A DNA stretch of 60,257 nt, the filler included, from Sluysia triapertura (Eukaryota): assembly GCA_046118255.1 (NCBI GenBank). It is 4 parts of 4 records of this genome, joined end to end, with 100 filler letters (N's around TTAATTAATTAA, not from the genome) between each part and the next. Parts side by side here need not be neighbours in the genome. Positions count along the whole stretch, not along the records: positions 49,228 to 60,257 come from JBJNIA010189886.1; 3 more parts are not named here. One strand, written 5' to 3'. Within the stretch, counting starts at the first letter, position 1, and every line of letters begins with the position of its first letter. The translations under genes and the position numbers were made by a program. Shown here in pieces: positions 52,250-60,257 of the stretch. The notes under the pieces are model-generated. The model saw only the letters and a list, made by a program, of their open reading frames with translations. It made no database searches and was not told the DNA's origin.

Positions 52250-53838
52250 AATTTGAATTTGAGGGCGTTTTATAAATTTTATTACTAAAGACGAGATTAA
52301 GTAATATCTGGAAGTTTATCAATGTGCATGAAGAGTTTCTTATATAATTAATTGAACTGTAATTTAGAAATTGACGGAAGAATGTATTTATTATTTTATT
52401 CATCTTATTGGCTGTCATATTTCTTTGTGTCATAAAAAGTCCATTATAACTCTCAGAGTTACTAGCATAACAATACGTATTAAATCTTAGTTTTGTGTAA
52501 TTTTTTGTGACATATTTAAGTTTTGAGTCTATAAAACAATTTTTTATACAGAATTGAACAAATAAAACTAAAATTTTATTATCAAGGATTGTTATTATAA
52601 AATTACAATTATACGTACAAAATTTATTTTTAAAATTTTTATTAACATTTATTGACAAATCGCTTGCGTTACGGTTACCATTATCCTTGGTTCGCCAACA
52701 CTTCACGATCCTATAATTGTTTGAGTTCACTAAAAGATAATTAAAAGAGGGAATAAATTCAAAACTAACATCATTATCATATAAAAATTCGTAAAAATTG
52801 TTCGGTAAAGTATTTATTTCTTTGATTAATACCAAGAACCATGATAAACTCCCAGAATACTAGTAGATTCTAGTAACAAAGTAAGTTTCGTATTACTTAG
52901 CCAAATTATCTCGTAATTACATTCCATTTCGTCTATCATTGCAAGAGTTATACTGAAGCGACTCTGAATTATTTTTTTGAACATAGATCAACTCGGATGA
53001 CATACGGGGTTCTGTATAACCATTTACTAGACATTACTTGTAATAGATACAGTTTCGTATCGTCGTTAACTAATATTGTGTGATGGTTATCATATTTTAT
53101 TTCGATTAACTTGTAAGGGTCTGTCGGTGTACTTCTCATTATATCAAGTATTAAATCATCATTCTTAAGCAGTATGTTTTGTAATATTTGAGCTTCAACT
53201 AAATCTGATTTATTCTCCAAATCAGCAAATTCATACTGTTGTTACATTACTTTAAATATCAGGTCGATTGAAATTATTTTTACAGTCACATTTAGATCTA
53301 AACTACATCGCATTAGACTAGACTCATTTCTTTCATCATAACATACTGAAACTGGAAAACAATTATTGACAAGTGATCGAGAAGGCATGACAGTAATTTT
53401 AATATTAGTATTAAATGGAGTAGCGATTTATTTATCAGAATTGTGGATATTAAACCGTAGCAATTTTAGTAAGTGAGCCCACGTCCTTGATATAAAAGGT
53501 CTTGAAACTTCATGTTTTAGTTCGATTGTATTATAGAAGTTCCTAGAAATCTTGAAATTCGGTTTAGACAAGAATTGATACAAATCACATGCTCTATGGC
53601 AGTTGCGAACTTTAATTAAAATTAACATTAGATTGTTTAATTCATCAGTTGACTTTTTAGATAATTTCAAACTGTAAACTTTAGAGTCTTTAGATATTGG
53701 CGTGGTAGTGAAGCCGTTAACAAATTTTATGTTGTAAATATCTTGTGATATTGGATAAAATTCTTTATCTTTTTGTTCCATGACAAATAATATAGTATAA
53801 TGATTAGAATGACATAAAATTTCCATTAAGATGAGCAT
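52250..53838 (-). pseudogene. Long intronless orphan gene relic (about 1.6 kb)
   Basis: ORFs 53428-53838 and 52969-53220 share a frame separated by two TAA. A frameshift in an A-run leads to the 52835 frame, which has three more TAA/TAG. The 3' end abuts the Tc1 relic. Confidence 0.55.
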
Positions 53839-53965
53839 TAAAAATGATTTGCGATAAAAGGCAAAATTTATTTTGATTCGAAAAATTTTAATCGTGTCTG
53901 AAATTTTTATTTTTGTTGTCTATATTTTTCTAGACACAATAATTTTTATTAGGACTATTTTTATC

Positions 53966-54029
53966 TATCCAATCAGAGCATTGAAAAGTAAGTATTTATT
54001 ATTTTCTAAATTTGTGCTCTGATTGGATA
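53966..54029. promoter_or_regulatory. Inverted pair of CCAAT boxes upstream of the 53838 gene
   Basis: Perfect 15-bp inverted repeat TATCCAATCAGAGCA / TGCTCTGATTGGATA with a 34-bp spacer. Confidence 0.55.
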
Positions 54030-55101
54030 TTATTAGATAAATGGATTTAAATGATGATGACGAAAACTGGTGACTGATCACTGACCGTCATCAACGCTGA
54101 CCGTCATGAACATAGACTGTCATCGTTGGTGATGGCAGTAACCAGTGTGAACAGTGATGATTAAGTTTTTAATTATTTTTATTGTTATATTTAGACTATT
54201 AATAATAATAAAAGTACAATGATAGTAATAATAATAATAACAACAACAAGAACATTATTATTATTACTAAATAAAATTCGCATAAATCTTAAACATTCTT
54301 GAACAAGATCTTATTCTTTATATTTCTTTTAACTTTCTTTATATATATGAAATAAAAGAAAAGAAACGAATGTTATGCTGCGAAGGGACAACTAAGTTTA
54401 TAATGTATCATTTGTGGTTGTTGCTTCTTAGTATGATAATGAAATTTTTAAAGTTATTTAAAATTTGTTTTGAAAGTTGTGATGGTTTAGGTTGTAAGTG
54501 AAATGAAAGATGTTAGAATAATTCATTGAAATTTATTGAAGGTTTATAATTTGAAAACAAGATTTGTATATTAGATAGAATGGTTTGAAATGCTTACTGG
54601 AAGGTTGAAGTTATTTTAATTTTAAATGATGATTACAAAATAAATTTAAATATATTATAAAATTATTGCGAATAATTGTGAATGATGAATATGGTTATGT
54701 AAAGTGGATTTAGACCGATGTTGTTGATTATGGTTTTAGTTGGAAATGATCTATGCCTCTAAGGCACTTGTTGGCGTTGTTGAATAAAGTTGTTATGTTT
54801 ATGATTTGTATATTTTGTATTGTGGTTGTGGTTTGTTGAAATGTTTTGTGGGTAAATGTGAATTATTGTAGATTATATGTCGGGGTTTCTTATGATCTGC
54901 TACCTGTCTATGGATGGTTGAAATATTAATTGAATTGTTGATATATATGAGTTGATGAGGTGTTGAAGATGTCGGATATTATTTTATGATGTTTGTGTTA
55001 GTGTAGTTGAAAAGTAGAAAATGTCATTATTTTAAAATTTGAATTTTAGTGGAATTTGATTTGTAAATATTGATCAAAAAAAATTTTTGAATAATTTTAA
55101 A

Positions 55102-55960
55102 TTATGAGTGTTGACCACTACAGGATTGATCATGGTTAGTTGCATTAATCACCAAATCAGTTGTTACATCATCTGTTGCAATATGTGAGAATGTTGGAAC
55201 AAAATTCATATCTGTCAAGTATATCATAAGAATGTTACTTAATATTAAATATACATTAGAAGGATCTAAATTAAGTGATAATTCGTATTGATTAACATTT
55301 GATGAATTAACATACATGATTTCGATCGAATTACATTTTGTATTAATTTGCGTTTGAGTCGAGTATTGATATATGGGAATACGAGAAGACATTACTAAAT
55401 CGGACAAATTAAAATATTGAAATGAAGATTTGGATGAACTTGTAACGACAATAGTTATTGTTGAAATTATAGATGAATCTCTCGAACAACATAATTTCAT
55501 AGTATTATCATAAATATTTGAATTTATCAAAATACGTACCTCTTTGATATTTTGAGCTTGTTTCAAACATTTGTCATTATTACTGTCGCTTTTCAGCATC
55601 AGCTCAATCAAATATGCATAATTAAATTTTTTTTCTAAAAACTAGTTATCCAAATCTATTATTTGGGTTTCGTGTCGACACGGGAATATGATACGTATTT
55701 CAAATTGATCAACAAAATACGTTTTTGTTCTCTTTATTACTAATTGTTTGATCTCAGATGAATTTTGGATAGCTCTTATTTAAAATGAAACAACAATCCT
55801 TTATAATCATAATAAATTAACTTTTCATCGTTAACATTAATTTTTAATAATTTGAACATTGTTATGCCTAAATAAATTTTGATGACTACTAAAATAATTT
55901 TTAAAATGCTAATTCACTTTTTGTTATACATCGTAAAACTATGCCACTAATGCTAGCATT
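55102..55960 (-). pseudogene. Intronless orphan gene relic
   Basis: 169-codon open 3' part. The 5' part from ATG 55960 is full of stops. TGATTGGATGGCCAAT lies upstream. Confidence 0.4.
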
Positions 55961-58259
55961 AAATAAATTTTAATCTGTATCTCAATATTTGTGAGATTAA
56001 TGGTAAAATTAAATAAATGGCATTATTGGTCGAGAATTGATTGGATGGCCAATGATATTAGAAATAAATTAAATTTTTTGGATATGAGACTGTCAGTGAT
56101 TCTGTTGTGTACCAAGCAACAGTCACTAGTCGACAGTGGTGTGAATTGATGTTAATTGAAAATGTCGGTTAATGATAGGTTATATGACTGGAATTAATAG
56201 TGCCAAAATTGATAATAATAATAATAATAATAAAAATAAAAATAATAATGATAATAAAGATGTCGATAATAATGATTTAAATAATAATAATAAATGAAAT
56301 TAATAATAAATATAATAATAATAATAAAATAAAATAAAAAATGAAAATAAATAATGCAAAACATAAAAATTCTTTTTCTTTACATCTTTTTTTACATAAA
56401 ATACGTAAGTTCTTTTAAATTCTTTTAGATTCTTTTCTTTCTTTAAAAGCTTTCTTTTTCTTTTTAAAATATTTCTTCTAATTCTTATTGAATTTTTTAA
56501 GAATTTGTGTAATGTAAATTAATAAAGGTAACGACGTATTAAATGATGTTAAAAGAAATTAATAAAAGGATGTCTAAAGAAGATAATACGTAACTAAAAA
56601 TGTTAAAGAAGTTCCATTTTGATTCTAACGTTTAAAAATTATTTTGAAATGTGAATTTAATGTTTTTCAATGATGTTAATGACTGAATAGTGTACATTTG
56701 TGAACTTAAAATGTTTTAAAATTTGAAATGTACATTTAATGGTTTTCAATGTAAGTATAATTTTAATCTTATGAGATTGTGGATTTATAATGTTTTAAAA
56801 TGTAAAAGAATTTTAATGAATCTGAAAAATAAAATGTGACGTATGTATAAAAACGATTTAAATTTTGAATAAAAAGGTTGGCCAATGCAGTTACAATTCG
56901 TGTTTGGATTGCATTTAATTTGACATTTAATTCAACATACAGTGTATTTATTTTAGAATCAGGTTAACTATTCTTTATATTCGTATTAACATCAGAATCA
57001 TCACTCTCTAAGTTTAGATGATCGTTCAATATTTTTCAATATTTATATTTTGAATTTTTACTTTAAATTCGTTTTTCAAAAGTCTTTCTATCGAATAAAA
57101 GATAAATAATAATTTGAGAAAACATTAAGTTTATTGATATTCTTTATAAATTTTGCGTGAGTCTAACTCCTGTTTTTATTTTATATGTTTTGCAATGAAC
57201 TCATAGCTTCTCCTAATAATCTAAATTTCCTTATAATCTTTAATAATATTCTAAAGTTCTCTATTAATATTCTCACTTTGTATTAAATTTAACTGGAGGT
57301 ATAATCTTTAATGAATGTAAAATTTAAAACTCTTTAATTATAAAATGTTATTGTTATTTTTTTAATGGTTTTTGAATGGCTTTATTAATGTATTTGATAA
57401 TAATCTTTACTTATATGGATTATTATTCGTTAATAACAACTTAACTTTTCTAGTAATATTCTCACCTTGTATTACTACATGGATTCACCTTATCTAGAAG
57501 TGTGATTCCGTATACTCTCGTTCGATGGTCTGAAAAGGAAGTGCTTAATAAGATATTTGTTTAAATTTTGAATAGACTCTTAAATTTTATGTTGCATTAT
57601 TAAATTTGCTTAATTACTTTATGCAGACTTTAGTTGACGTTGAACATAAATTTTATTAAATTTTACTTGCAATTACAAAATCCAAAAAAATTTACTTAGC
57701 GTTACCTTGTGACTCATTTCTCAACACTTTTCTTAATACAAGAAATAAAAGAAACAAACGATTATTAATTAAACAAATTATAAATGAATATAGTTAATAT
57801 AATTTGAATTATAAAATTTATCTTCTATTTAAATAAAGTTTAGATTTAAATTTTATTTTTATTCGAGACTAGAAATAATTTTTACCTTTAAATTCAATGT
57901 CTTCGAAATAATCATCAGAATAAATGTGTCCGAAAACTTTTTCCACAGTCACTGGAACGGTTACAAGCAATACAAAAACGATTGTCAAATTTGTTGAAGA
58001 TTTTTTCCAAAAGTGATCGCCTCCAAGGTTTCTTGTTCTTGAGTACTTTTTCCAAATTATAAATAATCTATTTAGTTTGATGAATAAATTTATTATTATC
58101 TATCAGACAAATTATACATATAGAAAATTATTGATAGACAAATTATAAATGGGTCATTTAGTGTTAATACCAATCACGTAATGTTATTTCTGGTCTGATC
58201 TTGATAATTTTTTATCGAAAATAATGCTATTAATTTAATAATGCTAGTTCTATTTAATT

Positions 58260-60066
58260 TCAATTTAATGTGTGTGGAGGGTTAGAGTCAGACTTCGGAC
58301 TATCATGCTCAGCAATAAGATCTGAACAAACAGAGGAATAGTCGGAGTCAATATCGATAGATGAAGGTTCGGTTCCGGAAGTCAATGGGAATGGTTCATG
58401 GGGAGCAACTAAGAATGGTGTGACATCAGCCGACTGCTGAATAGTTGAGGTAATGTCTAGTCCAGGTTGCGCCTTCAAGCGCTGAAGATGTTTTAGTTTA
58501 AGAATTTTTGTATCAATCGTCATAGGTTTTGCATCAAAGATAAGGCGGAAGTCGTCACTGCAGTAGTGAAAAACAACAGAGTCAGAGTGAACACTCCCAT
58601 TTTTTACGATAAGGTCTGAGCTGACAGAGAACATCGCTATACAATGAGGATCAGGAGTTTCTTGGCGATTATCAGGATTATTATTTTAAAATATTTATTC
58701 CTAAGAGTCGAACAAAGTTTACGAATCGGTACGATAGTATTAGAAGAGAGTAATGGTAATGAGTCGACCACAGAATCCGGAGGATCAGAAATTGCATGGA
58801 GAGCGAAAGAAGAGGTTACAGCATCAGAAGAGTGCTGAACATGGAAATCAATATTGTTATTATGATTGTTGGTATCGTTTGCATCAGGTTTACGAACCGG
58901 GCGACAGTATTAGAAGAGGATAAAGACTTTGGGTCAGATGTGGTAGTGTTTTCCACAGCAGTTTGATGCGATGATTTTATTGATAATTTGGGTGAGATTT
59001 TGAAATACCTAGAAGGTCGCTGATTTTTAAGATAGAGATAAGAGATTCTAAGACGGCCGTAAAATGCTTACATTTTATTATTGATATGACTGAGGTAGAG
59101 CGATAATATGTGTACAAGCAGCCCGTTTGGAGAAGGGCACCGCGAGGATCTCCCTAATATGGTTACAAAAGGAGAGAGGAAATATTATATTGAAGGAGTG
59201 ATGTGATTCCGAAAGAAAGATGTGGTAATGGAGGAAGTTCCGAACTTCGGAGTGGAGCAGATCAAGGATGGATTGGAAGAAGGAGTTAAAGTAAGTGAAG
59301 GCGCAGCAATAGCCCTGAAAATAAACCTTTTTATTAAGAAAATTAATACAAGAATAAGAGCGGCACAAAAAACACAATCTAACGTTAGCCTTCTCAGAAC
59401 GACGAACGTCGGAAATAGATAAATGTTCACCGGTGCTCAGATTTCCGCGACCTCATGGCTTGTTTCTTGGATCTGAGGGCAACAGCAGGATTACCAGATT
59501 TTCTGGTCCCTCCGTTACTGGGCTTCATTATCGGAGTATTATTTAAGCAGCTCCTCGCGGTGCAGGTTTTGGAATTGTATGTCTTCGAGCAACCTGCTAC
59601 TGGACCGAGATGCGGAGTATTCTTTTGCTTCCGGAATCTTCGGGTTCCCGCGACTGGGTCCATCATGTACCCGTGAAGCCTGGAAGCCAAGTTTTGTCGG
59701 AAACTTCGGTGCCTCCGCGACTGGGACAGTCATGAACATGCGGAGTATTTGTGGATTTTCTTCGGAAACCCCTCGATTAGGTCCAGATCATTATTGATAA
59801 CGAGTACTATGTCATTATGTCAATAGCAAGTAAGGAAAAGTGGGAATTGATGTAGATCACCGCGCAAATCGTGGGGCAAGAATGGTACTCTTAAAAATAA
59901 GGGTCTTTTAATATGGGTCGCATAAAGAGGTCACGAGGATGATATTTGGGCAACGGAGGCAGGTGAAGAAGTACTCTATTTCATCTTCATATAGCCAAAG
60001 GTCTTTATTACTAGGATCACTCCCTAAGCGTATTTCACGATTTGGGAGGAAAGAGCGGATACGACT
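58260..60066 (-). mobile_element. Second, diverged relic of the same retroelement family as 32670-34540
   Basis: Same 5' motif (4-5 copies). DDFRLIFDAKPMTIDTKILKLKHL aligns with DPFHLLFDDSSRPLPIEQ/ISKFKQL of the first element. Shared CTGAGAAGGCT and a C2H2-like relic LICSTPK.GTS. Confidence 0.65.
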
Positions 60067-60257
60067 AAAGTGTTGAGGGCGTTATTAACAATTTTATTCC
60101 TCGTATCAATTTAATCCTTTTCTTTACTTTACATTTTTTTAGTTTTACAAAAATGATTTTAGTTAAAAGAAAACAATCAACTATTTTAAGTTTAAAATCT
60201 AACAAAAAGGGCTTAAAGCCCGAATTAATCAACGAAAAAAATATAATTAATTTATAA

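Noticed and set aside
54300-57700. LINE relics at 54.3-55.0 and 56.4-57.7 kb
   Set aside because: Only faint hints (TPTSALEA), too decayed to assign without a search.

Overview
Very AT-rich eukaryotic (animal) genomic DNA with tiny 35-41 nt GT-AG introns and the standard genetic code. This fits a compact-genome invertebrate such as an orthonectid, but that is a guess. Three artificial 100-nt linkers (N44-TTAATTAATTAA-N44) split the window into four assembly pieces. No recognisable host gene is complete: a Diaphanous-type formin N-terminus only, a GST pseudogene, a DNA polymerase alpha B-subunit gene and a CNG channel alpha gene that both stop short, a frameshifted DnaJ gene and an Unkempt-like zinc-finger relic. 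There are also about six intronless, decayed orphan genes on the minus strand, several with a shared CCAAT-box upstream motif. The rest is transposon debris (Ty3/gypsy, CR1/L2, Tc1 DD34E, hAT and piggyBac-type MITEs, tRNA-derived SINE). The most unusual signal is in two GC-richer non-LTR retroelement relics (32670-34540 + and 58260-60066 -). Both carry tandem arrays of a ~45-nt pseudoknot-like motif (AATACTCCGC...CCCAGTnGCGGAGG..CC(A)GAAG). The first also encodes an Ulp1/C48-type protease, missed by the ORF track, with candidate Gly-Gly/LxGA-G cleavage sites; the second keeps only a collapsed remnant of it.
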